Of a stretch of 64,000 nt of DNA, positions 47,871 to 56,660 are shown piece by piece. A program made the translations under genes and the position numbers. A model generated the notes under the pieces. It saw nothing but the letters and a program-made list of their open reading frames with translations. It was not told where the DNA came from and searched no databases. This DNA comes from an uncultured Bacteriovoracaceae bacterium. Its GTDB lineage: Bacteria; Bdellovibrionota; Bacteriovoracia; Bacteriovoracales; Bacteriovoracaceae. Numbering within the stretch: the stretch's first letter is position 1; every line of letters begins with the position of its first letter. The stretch is taken from assembly GCA_964400895.1 (NCBI GenBank), contig CAYNWL010000002.1, positions 398,084 to 462,083 on the forward strand, in the 5' to 3' direction.

Positions 47871-50039
47871 ATGCTTGAGCTAACAAAGGGCACAAATGCC
47901 ATGAAAGAAAACTCTGTCGAAAAAAAGTTAAAACTTGCTAAAAAATACGGCCTATCCAACAAGGATTTAATCGGTTTTTTAAAAAATATTTATTTATCTC
48001 GAAGATTAGATGATGCAGAGATTTCCATGAGAAAGGCCGCAACTGCATTCTTCCAAATTTCCGGTGCCGGCCATGAAGGTGTCCTATCTGCCTTTGCCAA
48101 AGTTTTAAAGCCTAAATATGACTGGTTTGTCCCTTACTATCGGGATCGCGCCCTTTGCCTTTCATTGGGAGTTACCCCTTATGAAATGCTTTGCCAGGCG
48201 AACGGAAATACTGGAGATAGCGCTTCCCATGGCAGACAGATGCCAGTTCATTTTGGAAATAAAAATTTAAATATTTTGTCTAAATCTTCTTGCACAGGTA
48301 CCCAATTTCTTCATGGCGTAGGGTTGGCCGAGGCAGGAAAATTTTTGCAATCTCTTGCAAAAAGAAAAATCAAAACCAATTTGGACTCCTATCCCGATGA
48401 AATCATTTATGTTTCAAGTGGTGATGGAACAACCTCCCAAGGAGAGTTTTGGGAAGCCCTAACTACTGCTGTGGTAAATAAACTTCCTGTTCTTTTTATG
48501 GTTGAGGATAATGGCTATGCCATATCAGTTCCTGTTGGAGTGCAGACTCCTGCTGGATCAATTTCCAGGGCCTTGGAACATTTTCCTGGACTTAAAATTT
48601 TTACCTGTGATGGAAACTGCCCAATAGATTCATATGCTGCTGCAGTTGAATGTGAAGAGTATTTAAGATCAGGAGAAGGCCCGGCCTTGGTTCATGCAAA
48701 TGTTACCAGACCTTATAGTCACTCCCTATCAGATGATCACTCAAATTATCGAACCAAAGAAGATCTATCCCATGAAAAAAGCTTGGATGTTTTTAATTCA
48801 TATCCCAAACTTTTGATGGATGGTAAGGTTATCACCCAGGAAGACTTTGAAAAATTAAAAAAGGAAATTGATCTAGAGGTTAAAGAGGCCAGAGAAAAAG
48901 CAGAAAGCACTCCTTGGCCGGAAAAATCCACCGCCTGTGACCATCTTTTTTCTGATTTAGATGTTACCTCTTTAGAATTTGAAACAGCACCTAAGTTTTC
49001 TGGAAAAGAAGACGTCCCCATGTCTCAGGCAATAAACAATGTTTTAAAATCTGAAATCAAAAGGAATCCCCTAATGAGGATGTTTGGGGAAGACGTAGCG
49101 GATTTTTCTGATCTTTCAAAACTTGAAGATCCCAATTTAAAAGGCAAAGGTGGTGTTTTTTCTGTTTCCCGCGGCTGTCAAAGGGTTTCCATCGAAGGAC
49201 AGGTCTTCAATTCACCATTAGCAGAGGCCAATATTATTGGAAGGGCAGTGGGAATGGCCGCAAGAGGAATAAAGCCAGTTGTTGAAATTCAGTTTTTTGA
49301 TTATATCTGGACAGCTTTCATGCAACTTAAAAATGAGATGGCCACTATGAGGTATAGATCAGGAGGGGATTTTAAAAGCCCAATGGTAGTAAGGGTGCCC
49401 ATTGGAGGATATCTTAGGGGTGGAGCGATTTATCACTCCCAAAGCGGAGAATCTATTTTTACTCATATCCCAGGAATTAGAGTCGTCTTTCCCTCCAACT
49501 CAACAGATGCCGCAGGATTATTAAGAACTGCAATCAGATGTGATGATCCCGTATTATTTTTGGAACACAAGCATCTCTATTATCAGGGCTATAATAGATC
49601 AGCTGATCCCGGGGAAGATTTTATGATTCCATTTGGTAAAGCAAGACTTGTAAAAGAAGGTTCAGATGCCACGATCTTGGCCTGGGGAGCATTGGTACAA
49701 AAATCTGTAGATGCCGCAAAAGCTGTTGAAAAAGAAACTGGAAAAACCGTGGAAATTTTAGACGCCAGAACTTTAGTTCCATTTGATATGGAATCCCTTA
49801 AAAATTCTCTTTTCAAAACAAATAGACTTCTAATCTGCCATGAGGAAACTAAGACTTCTGGATTTGCCGGAGAGATATCTGCCAGAGTAAATGAGGAATG
49901 TTTTGAATATTTGGATGCCCCTATATTAAGAGTTACCGCCAAAGATTCCCACGTTGCCTATAATCCTGCATTAGAAGATGAAATTCTGCCTCAGATGGAA
50001 AATGTAAAAGAGGCACTTTTAAAACTTTTATCCTACTGA
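47871..50039 (+). CDS. fused alpha/beta E1 component of a 2-oxoacid (branched-chain type) dehydrogenase
   Basis: The N-terminal half resembles the TPP-binding E1-alpha (GDGTTSQGEFWEAL). The C-terminal half resembles E1-beta (FNSPLAEANIIGRAVGMA, VVEIQFFDY). Confidence 0.8.
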   Translation: MLELTKGTNAMKENSVEKKLKLAKKYGLSNKDLIGFLKNIYLSRRLDDAEISMRKAATAFFQISGAGHEGVLSAFAKVLKPKYDWFVPYYRDRALCLSLGVTPYEMLCQANGNTGDSASHGRQMPVHFGNKNLNILSKSSCTGTQFLHGVGLAEAGKFLQSLAKRKIKTNLDSYPDEIIYVSSGDGTTSQGEFWEALTTAVVNKLPVLFMVEDNGYAISVPVGVQTPAGSISRALEHFPGLKIFTCDGNCPIDSYAAAVECEEYLRSGEGPALVHANVTRPYSHSLSDDHSNYRTKEDLSHEKSLDVFNSYPKLLMDGKVITQEDFEKLKKEIDLEVKEAREKAESTPWPEKSTACDHLFSDLDVTSLEFETAPKFSGKEDVPMSQAINNVLKSEIKRNPLMRMFGEDVADFSDLSKLEDPNLKGKGGVFSVSRGCQRVSIEGQVFNSPLAEANIIGRAVGMAARGIKPVVEIQFFDYIWTAFMQLKNEMATMRYRSGGDFKSPMVVRVPIGGYLRGGAIYHSQSGESIFTHIPGIRVVFPSNSTDAAGLLRTAIRCDDPVLFLEHKHLYYQGYNRSADPGEDFMIPFGKARLVKEGSDATILAWGALVQKSVDAAKAVEKETGKTVEILDARTLVPFDMESLKNSLFKTNRLLICHEETKTSGFAGEISARVNEECFEYLDAPILRVTAKDSHVAYNPALEDEILPQMENVKEALLKLLSY

Positions 50040-51139
50040 CAGCTTTTATTTATCCCCCCGAGAGAAAATTCATAGCTGCATCTCCAACCCTGGTGGTATT
50101 CAATAATATACCCTTTGGTATTTCGAGAAATTTTTTTAATTCCTTCTTTATCTAAGGCCAGATAAAAACTATCTCTTCTCTGAGGCACAATTTTATTTAA
50201 ATTAAAAATGGCAGGAGACGAAAAAATTGAAAAAATAATCAAGGCCGTAGCTTTTTTTTTAAAATTTAAACTAGAAATAAAAATAAGAATTAAAATAAGA
50301 AGCTCACCGGATATAAAAATGGATGGGGAGTGTTTTAAATAAAAATTTCCCCATTTTATCAAAAATAAAAACACGCTGAGCAAGAATTTGGAAAAAAAGG
50401 ATATCCCAGGAAAACAAAAGGAAATAAAAAAAATGGGAAAAATAAAAGTGAAAATAGAGGTTAAAAAAAATCCTAAAATAAAATTTAATGGTAAAAAGGG
50501 CGTGTCCAGAAAAAAATGAATTAGAATTTGTCCCAGCATTAGGAAAAATGGGAGCCAAATAAATGGCCATTTTTGATGGGAAAATATTAGCCCCAAAAAC
50601 AAAAAGCTATAGATAAAGCTAAGTGGCGCCCCATCAAAAGTTCCGAATAAGAAATCTAGGAGGAAGGCCAACAAAAAAATCCAGAATAGGGAAAATTTAT
50701 TTTTTGTACGTTGAAACAACAATGAAAGAAGTTTTAAAAATGAAACTCTTTTCACCGCAAAAAAACCATCCAGAAAAAAAGGTGGAAGGGTTAATAAAAA
50801 GGACAAAACGAAAAAATAATTAAAAGATTTAAATTTTAAAAAGGCCAAGAGAGGAGTTAAGAACAAAAATAGCGAACTTAAATGAAGCCCTGATGGAGTA
50901 AATAAATGAATAAGATAAAGGTTTTTATGGGAGGAAACGATAGATTTGGAAATACCTTTTTGACCTCCAACCGTATAGGCAAATAAAACTGAGGATAAAT
51001 TGTTATCTTTTATAACTGATTCAACTTTTTCCTTTTGCCGGGTAATAAAAAGTGGTTCTTTTGTGGGAATTGATCTTTTTGACTCATAGCATAAAATAAG
51101 GATAAAGGTAGTAATTAATATAAAAAGCACCCGGTTCAT
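50033..51139 (-). CDS. ComEC/Rec2-like membrane channel domain protein
   Basis: Polytopic membrane protein with YLIHLFTPSGLHLS (compare the ComEC HLLAISGLH block). It has only the Competence-domain portion, with no metallo-beta-lactamase part. Confidence 0.5.
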   Translation of the reverse strand: MNRVLFILITTFILILCYESKRSIPTKEPLFITRQKEKVESVIKDNNLSSVLFAYTVGGQKGISKSIVSSHKNLYLIHLFTPSGLHLSSLFLFLTPLLAFLKFKSFNYFFVLSFLLTLPPFFLDGFFAVKRVSFLKLLSLLFQRTKNKFSLFWIFLLAFLLDFLFGTFDGAPLSFIYSFLFLGLIFSHQKWPFIWLPFFLMLGQILIHFFLDTPFLPLNFILGFFLTSIFTFIFPIFFISFCFPGISFFSKFLLSVFLFLIKWGNFYLKHSPSIFISGELLILILIFISSLNFKKKATALIIFSIFSSPAIFNLNKIVPQRRDSFYLALDKEGIKKISRNTKGYIIEYHQGWRCSYEFSLGGINKSCQ

Positions 51140-51235
51140 TCAACTGATTAGGTGAAAGTTTCCCAAATAAAATAAATTCTTAACGAATCAATATTTAAGA
51201 GTTATGAAACCATGAGTAAAAAATTGGGAAATTAA

Positions 51236-52051
51236 ATGTTTCAAGAACTGCAAAATTTCTTCCAAGAGGACGATCTATACAGGAATTTATCCTATATGGA
51301 AAAACTCCCCAAAGATCCTGTTCTCTGTCAGCTTAAATTTAAATCCCCCCTCGTGTTGGCCGGGATCCCTTACTTTGTAGGGGCCTTTAAGTTTTTAGGC
51401 TCCAATTTAGAGATTCCTGGATTGGAAGGGAAAAAATTTGATGAGATGTCCGACCCTTTTTTATTTAAATTACCATTTGATATTGCAATTTTAGGAGAGA
51501 GGGTGGCGCTGAATCTACTTACAAGGGCGACATCCATTGCTACCTATACCCGTGAGTTTGTGGATAAGGCGGAGGAATTTAATATTTCCGTTTTAGATAC
51601 CAGAAAAACGACCCCAGGATTAAGGGCACTTGAGAAATATGCTGTATTGGTAGGTGGCGGAAAAAACCATCGATTGGGACAGACTGATGCCTGGATGATC
51701 AAGGATAACCATAAAAAGTTTTTTGGAAGTATAGAGAAATCTTTTGAATTTTTTCAATCTTTAGGGGGATTCTATACTCCGGTTATTGTTGAGGTATCAG
51801 ATCTTTCTGAGGTAATTCAAGCTCAAGAGCTAGGGATAAAACATCTACTTTTGGATAACTTTACTCCTCAAATGGTTAAAAGCTCCCTGGATCTAAAAAA
51901 GGATGGGGTCACTTTTGAAGTTTCTGGAGGGATTACACCAGATAATTTTAATAATTATTTAATTAGGGGCGTAGATGCCATCTCCATTGGTGGACTAACT
52001 CAATTTGCACCAAGAGTGGATATCTCCCTTAAGATGGAAAGGTTGAAGTGA
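51236..52051 (+). CDS. nadC: nicotinate-nucleotide pyrophosphorylase (carboxylating)
   Basis: DTRKTTPGLRALEKYAVLVGGGKNHRLG and MIKDNH blocks. Confidence 0.9.
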   Translation: MFQELQNFFQEDDLYRNLSYMEKLPKDPVLCQLKFKSPLVLAGIPYFVGAFKFLGSNLEIPGLEGKKFDEMSDPFLFKLPFDIAILGERVALNLLTRATSIATYTREFVDKAEEFNISVLDTRKTTPGLRALEKYAVLVGGGKNHRLGQTDAWMIKDNHKKFFGSIEKSFEFFQSLGGFYTPVIVEVSDLSEVIQAQELGIKHLLLDNFTPQMVKSSLDLKKDGVTFEVSGGITPDNFNNYLIRGVDAISIGGLTQFAPRVDISLKMERLK

Positions 52052-53610
52052 TTTATCAATTTGATGCCTTAATAATCGGATCGGGAATTGCAGGCCTCTC
52101 TGCAGCCTTAAAGATGGCGGAAAAGGGATTGTCAGTTGGTCTGGTAACCAGAGAAGAGGATCCCAACACTACAAATACGTGTATGGCCCAGGGTGGAATC
52201 ATCTTTTCCAAACCGGATGATTTAGAAATCGAAGGTGATATAAAAAAGGCCAGTTCAAATACAAGCCATCATGCCGCAATTAATTGTCTTAGGGAAAATT
52301 CTGCAAAAATTATAGAAGAGGTCCTTTTAGATAAAGTAAAAGTTGGCTTTGCTAAAGATGAAAACGGAAATCTACTTCTAACCAGGGAAGCTGCCCATTC
52401 CATACCTAGAATCCTTTTTAAGGGAGATTACACCGGAAAAGAAATCCAAACTTCTTTTTTAAATTATCTAAAGGATGAAAAGCGATTTCCAAATCTAAAA
52501 ATATTAACCTCTCATACAGCAGTTGACCTGCTAACCCCAAGGCACCATGGGGTTTCACTTACTCAAAGATATGAAGAGGAAAAAATAATCGGTGCATATT
52601 TATTTGATCAAAAGGCAGGAAAAGTTCGAAAAGCAATTTCTAAGGTAACTATCTTGGCCACTGGTGGATTGGGTGCACTATACCTCCACCATACAAATTC
52701 CGAGGGGGCCAGAGGAGATGGACATGCCATGGCATCAAGGGCCGGGGCCATATTAACCGATATGGAATTCGTCCAATTTCATCCAACAACATTTTTTGAA
52801 CAACACTCTCACAAACGATTTTTAATATCGGAAGCCGTAAGAGGTGAGGGAGGAATACTTCTAAATTGTAAGGGTGAGCGTTTTATGAATAAGTATCACC
52901 CTGATAAGGAATTAGCGCCAAGAGACGTGGTTGCCCAATCCATAATGGAAGAAATGATCGGTACAAATCATGACTGTGTTTACTTGGATGTTTCCCATAA
53001 AGACAGCAACTGGATAAGGGAACGGTTTCCAACTATTTTTGAATACTGTCTCCAAAGAAAAATAGATATTACTACGGAACCTATTCCGGTAATTCCAGCG
53101 GCCCATTACACCTGTGGTGGGGTAAAAACAGATTTAACCGGCAAAACAAATTTGAAAAATCTTTATGCTGTAGGCGAAGTTGCATGTACTGGTCTTCATG
53201 GGGCCAATCGGTTAGCCTCCACTTCTCTTTTGGAAGGTCTCACGTTTGGATATTTGGCAGCACTAGATATTTGCAACCAGATATCACGATTGGATTTTTA
53301 CCCTGATGATTTAATAAAAGATTGGGAAGAAAGTTCCACCGAATGCGATCATACCCTAATAAATCAAGATTGGCTTACCCTAAAACAAACCATGTGGAAC
53401 TATGTAGGGTTAACTAGAAATACTTCAAGGCTAAAGCGTGCCCAGGCCATGTTTTTTGAATTGTCCCAAGAAATAGAAAAATTTTATAAGAATGCCTCAC
53501 TAAATGATGCTCTAATAGGACTTAGAAATGCAGTTTCCGTTGCACAGATAGTGCAAAAGGCATCCCTTTTAAACAAAAATTCAATTGGCTGTTTTATTAG
53601 GAAGGATTAG
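52048..53610 (+). CDS. nadB: L-aspartate oxidase
   Basis: FAD motif IIGSGIAGLSAAL, then FVQFHPT, RGEGG and HYTCGGV blocks. 4-bp overlap with nadC. Confidence 0.9.
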   Translation: MIYQFDALIIGSGIAGLSAALKMAEKGLSVGLVTREEDPNTTNTCMAQGGIIFSKPDDLEIEGDIKKASSNTSHHAAINCLRENSAKIIEEVLLDKVKVGFAKDENGNLLLTREAAHSIPRILFKGDYTGKEIQTSFLNYLKDEKRFPNLKILTSHTAVDLLTPRHHGVSLTQRYEEEKIIGAYLFDQKAGKVRKAISKVTILATGGLGALYLHHTNSEGARGDGHAMASRAGAILTDMEFVQFHPTTFFEQHSHKRFLISEAVRGEGGILLNCKGERFMNKYHPDKELAPRDVVAQSIMEEMIGTNHDCVYLDVSHKDSNWIRERFPTIFEYCLQRKIDITTEPIPVIPAAHYTCGGVKTDLTGKTNLKNLYAVGEVACTGLHGANRLASTSLLEGLTFGYLAALDICNQISRLDFYPDDLIKDWEESSTECDHTLINQDWLTLKQTMWNYVGLTRNTSRLKRAQAMFFELSQEIEKFYKNASLNDALIGLRNAVSVAQIVQKASLLNKNSIGCFIRKD

Positions 53611-54120
53611 TTATTTTAGCCGAATGGCTTGAATCTTTAGTTCAATAGGATCCGAAATAGGGCAGTTATGGATTCCATTAGATTTCATGAATTGATCATT
53701 CATTTGCCAAAAGTTTCTATTGAATGTGCCACATTGTACTCGAAAGTCGATCCTTCCAAAGGGATGTCTAAGTTGTCCCCAAGTTTGGGCCGCATTATTA
53801 CACATAAAAATATTGGGGTAACATTGATTTCTCCATTGAAATTGGCCAATTTGAGGAAGATCAATAAAAGCTTCGATTCCTAAAACCCCGTTAAAGTCAG
53901 CACAAATTCTATTTTGTTTTTCACCTGGTGTTTTGTCTCTACACTTGGAACCAATTCTGAAATTTCCATAAGGAGGTAGGTTTAGAATTTCCGAGGCCAT
54001 TAAACAGGTTTTTTTGTCTTGAAAACAAAGAGGATATAAGGTCATTTGAGGATTTAATGGTTGGGCAAATAAATTTTTTCCTAAAGAAAAAAGAACAAGG
54101 ATAAATAATATATTTTTCAT
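53611..54120 (-). CDS. secreted Cys-rich protein (hypothetical)
   Basis: The internal Met gives signal peptide MKNILFILVLFSLGKNLFA. Eight Cys in the mature part. No family recognised. Confidence 0.45.
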   Translation of the reverse strand: MKNILFILVLFSLGKNLFAQPLNPQMTLYPLCFQDKKTCLMASEILNLPPYGNFRIGSKCRDKTPGEKQNRICADFNGVLGIEAFIDLPQIGQFQWRNQCYPNIFMCNNAAQTWGQLRHPFGRIDFRVQCGTFNRNFWQMNDQFMKSNGIHNCPISDPIELKIQAIRLK

Positions 54121-54121
54121 T

Positions 54122-54376
54122 TTATTTTTTTCCACTAGTTTTGCTACATTCTTTTTTACAAATAATTATTTCTTTGAGGCATCCAATAACTTTTTTTAAG
54201 TTACGATTATAACAATTATGAAATTTGGATTCACATGACATGTTACAAATTTCCTTTTCTGAAATATTTTTTTCTCTCAACTTTTGTCCTGTTGTCTTAA
54301 AATCATCAATATTTTCTTCCGCAAAAGAAAAGTTGGAGAAGGTAATAAGCAACAAAAAGATTGCAATAAATTTCAT
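54122..54376 (-). CDS. small secreted Cys-rich protein (hypothetical)
   Basis: 84 aa with signal peptide MKFIAIFLLLITFSNFSFA and six Cys in about 60 mature residues. Abuts the next Cys-rich gene. Confidence 0.45.
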   Translation of the reverse strand: MKFIAIFLLLITFSNFSFAEENIDDFKTTGQKLREKNISEKEICNMSCESKFHNCYNRNLKKVIGCLKEIIICKKECSKTSGKK

Positions 54377-54486
54377 TTTTTTCTCACTTTAATTAAATTT
54401 TTATTTAAAAAGCCTTTAATGTCCATTTCAAAAAGGTTATCCTCTTTCAAAATAGCCTGATTGTTTTAGTAGGAAAAAAACATCCT

Positions 54487-55518
54487 ATGTTTAGCCAAGT
54501 AATAGATTGGTCCAAAAATCAATTTTCTAATTTGCCCTGGCGAAAGGAAAGATCCCTTTATGGGACTTTAGTTTCCGAAATCATGCTTCAACAAACTACC
54601 GTGCCTACAGTAATTGGCCGATTTGAAAATTTTTTATCCAAATTTCCAGATTTAAATTCCCTTTCAAAGGCATCCGAGGAAGATTTGCTTATGGCCTGGA
54701 AAGGACTTGGATATTATCGCAGGGCCAGAAATTTAAAACTGGCCGCTAAAGAAATTCTAAAGAAATTTCAAGGAAATATTCCCGATGATATTGCAAATTT
54801 AAAAGAAATTAAAGGAATTGGAGAATATACCGCAAATGCCATAGTGGCGATTGGTCACAACAAATTTGCGCTATCCTTGGATGCCAATTTGGAAAGGGTT
54901 CTCTGTAGATTTTTTGCCCTCCCCCTTACAAAGGGGCCAAATCTAAAAAAGGATTTAACAAAAGAACTCCATGAACTGGGAATTGTGGAAAAGTTTAAAA
55001 ATTTTTCCTCCAGGGATTTAATGGAAGCTTTGATGGATTTAGGCAGAGTCATATGCCAGGCCAATAAAGTTAACTGCAAAGAATGCCCATTAAACAAAAA
55101 TTGCAAATCCTATAAATTGGGCAGTCCTTTGGAATATCCTAAAACATTAATGAAAGAGAAAAAAAACTTTGAATTAAACTTGCTTAGAATCGCGGTAAAA
55201 AGTAAGCATAAAATATTTTTGGTTAAAAGAGAAACGGGATATTGGCTGGAGGGCCAGTGGGAAATCCCCACATTTATTTTAAAATCGGAGGATAAAAAAA
55301 TTAGGCAATATCCCATGTTAGAGAACACAGAAATAACACTTCCAAAAACATTTTCCTTTAAAACCAACATCACCAACTACAAGATAAAAAATTTTATTTT
55401 GAAAATGGATGAGAAAGAATTTAAAGAAAAATTTGGTTTATCTGGGAAATATTTTGACTCAAAAACCAAAAATAATAATTTTACAACCGCTACCCTCAAG
55501 GCATTAAAGTTTTTATGA
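54487..55518 (+). CDS. mutY: A/G-specific adenine DNA glycosylase
   Basis: HhH-GPD region (SEIMLQQTTV, GLGYYRRARNL, GIGEYTANAI), 4Fe-4S loop C-x6-C-x2-C-x5-C, and a C-terminal NUDIX-like domain. Confidence 0.85.
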   Translation: MFSQVIDWSKNQFSNLPWRKERSLYGTLVSEIMLQQTTVPTVIGRFENFLSKFPDLNSLSKASEEDLLMAWKGLGYYRRARNLKLAAKEILKKFQGNIPDDIANLKEIKGIGEYTANAIVAIGHNKFALSLDANLERVLCRFFALPLTKGPNLKKDLTKELHELGIVEKFKNFSSRDLMEALMDLGRVICQANKVNCKECPLNKNCKSYKLGSPLEYPKTLMKEKKNFELNLLRIAVKSKHKIFLVKRETGYWLEGQWEIPTFILKSEDKKIRQYPMLENTEITLPKTFSFKTNITNYKIKNFILKMDEKEFKEKFGLSGKYFDSKTKNNNFTTATLKALKFL

Positions 55519-56591
55519 TAAAAATTTTATTTTTACTCTTTTCCTTAAGTGTTTTTTCCCAGGAACAAATTTCTGTAATGACCTATAACATGTCCTTAAA
55601 ATATGGAAAAGAAAATCCTAGATTTCCAGAAATAATCAAGGAACTTAAAAAACTAGATTCGGATATCTTATGTCTGCAAGAGGCCTATGAACCCCAAAAA
55701 GTAATTGATCGATTAGAGTATCCCCACAGTTTTTATGTCGAATCTTCTCAAACTTATTTTTCTTATGGTGTTTGCCCTATTTGGGAGCTTTTTAAATTTG
55801 ATAATCCCTTTATATGTAGAATTAAAAACTGCTCAAATTTTACAGGAAAGGAATTAAACGATTGTCTGGTCGAAAAATGTTTCTCTTCAATGGAAAATTT
55901 AAGGAAAAATAATAACGAGTGTGCCCAGGCCTTTATTACAAGAATCCAAGATAATGCCGTGGTGGATATATTTGCCCTAATAAATCCTTTTAAATCACTG
56001 CCTAAGTTTTTAGATAATGGTTCCACAGGATTGTTAATGCTCTCAAAATTCCCAATACAGAATAAGGAATCAGGCGATTTTTCAACCATATCCGCTATTA
56101 GAAACAGGGGAGTGCTTATCGCGGATATTTCAGGATTTAGGATAATTTGTGCAACAACCACTGGAAGGGGAGGTGGGTATGTCTATATGGGAACAAATGA
56201 TTCCTGGGAAAATGAGAATAAAATCCAAATTGAAAAACTAAAAAAATGGTTGACCGGAAAAAATGATATTTTATTGGGGAACCTAAATTGTTCAACAGAA
56301 GTTCCTTATACAGACATCAAAGAGAGTTTTTCAAAGAATTGTGAAAGTTTGGAAGATATGGGACTTGAGGAACCCATTTATAAAAAACCTGAATGCACGT
56401 ATTGCCCCTATAACAATCTTGTTAGTGATCAGGAACCCGGCGGATTGATAACAGATAATCTATTTATTCGGAAAGATTCGATGATTGATGTAGATGTGGT
56501 CATGAAAAATCTCAATGAATCGGAAAGTTTTTTATCGGATCATTTTGGAGTGAGAGTAATACTTAAAAAAAATCCCCGAGAAGAGGAATAA
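55515..56591 (+). CDS. secreted endonuclease/exonuclease/phosphatase (EEP) family hydrolase
   Basis: Signal peptide, N-terminal ISVMTYNM ... DILCLQEA and C-terminal SDHFGVRV blocks of the EEP fold. Cys-rich insertions. The last codons and stop lie inside the rnpB-derived repeat. Confidence 0.65.
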   Translation: MIKILFLLFSLSVFSQEQISVMTYNMSLKYGKENPRFPEIIKELKKLDSDILCLQEAYEPQKVIDRLEYPHSFYVESSQTYFSYGVCPIWELFKFDNPFICRIKNCSNFTGKELNDCLVEKCFSSMENLRKNNNECAQAFITRIQDNAVVDIFALINPFKSLPKFLDNGSTGLLMLSKFPIQNKESGDFSTISAIRNRGVLIADISGFRIICATTTGRGGGYVYMGTNDSWENENKIQIEKLKKWLTGKNDILLGNLNCSTEVPYTDIKESFSKNCESLEDMGLEEPIYKKPECTYCPYNNLVSDQEPGGLITDNLFIRKDSMIDVDVVMKNLNESESFLSDHFGVRVILKKNPREEE

Positions 56592-56660
56592 GCCGGATTT
56601 TGTTTTCGACCACCATTCCTCTAGGATCCCAGTCGCCTAGGACCTCATGAGCCGTATCCT
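56565..56660 (-). repeat. displaced copy A of the rnpB 3' end (att-like direct repeat)
   Basis: 56567-56631 is identical (65 nt) to 59848-59912, the 3' end of the intact rnpB. Similarity continues in diverged form to about 56660 (gacctcatga gccgtatcc vs gacctcatgc gtcctaccc). Confidence 0.85.
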
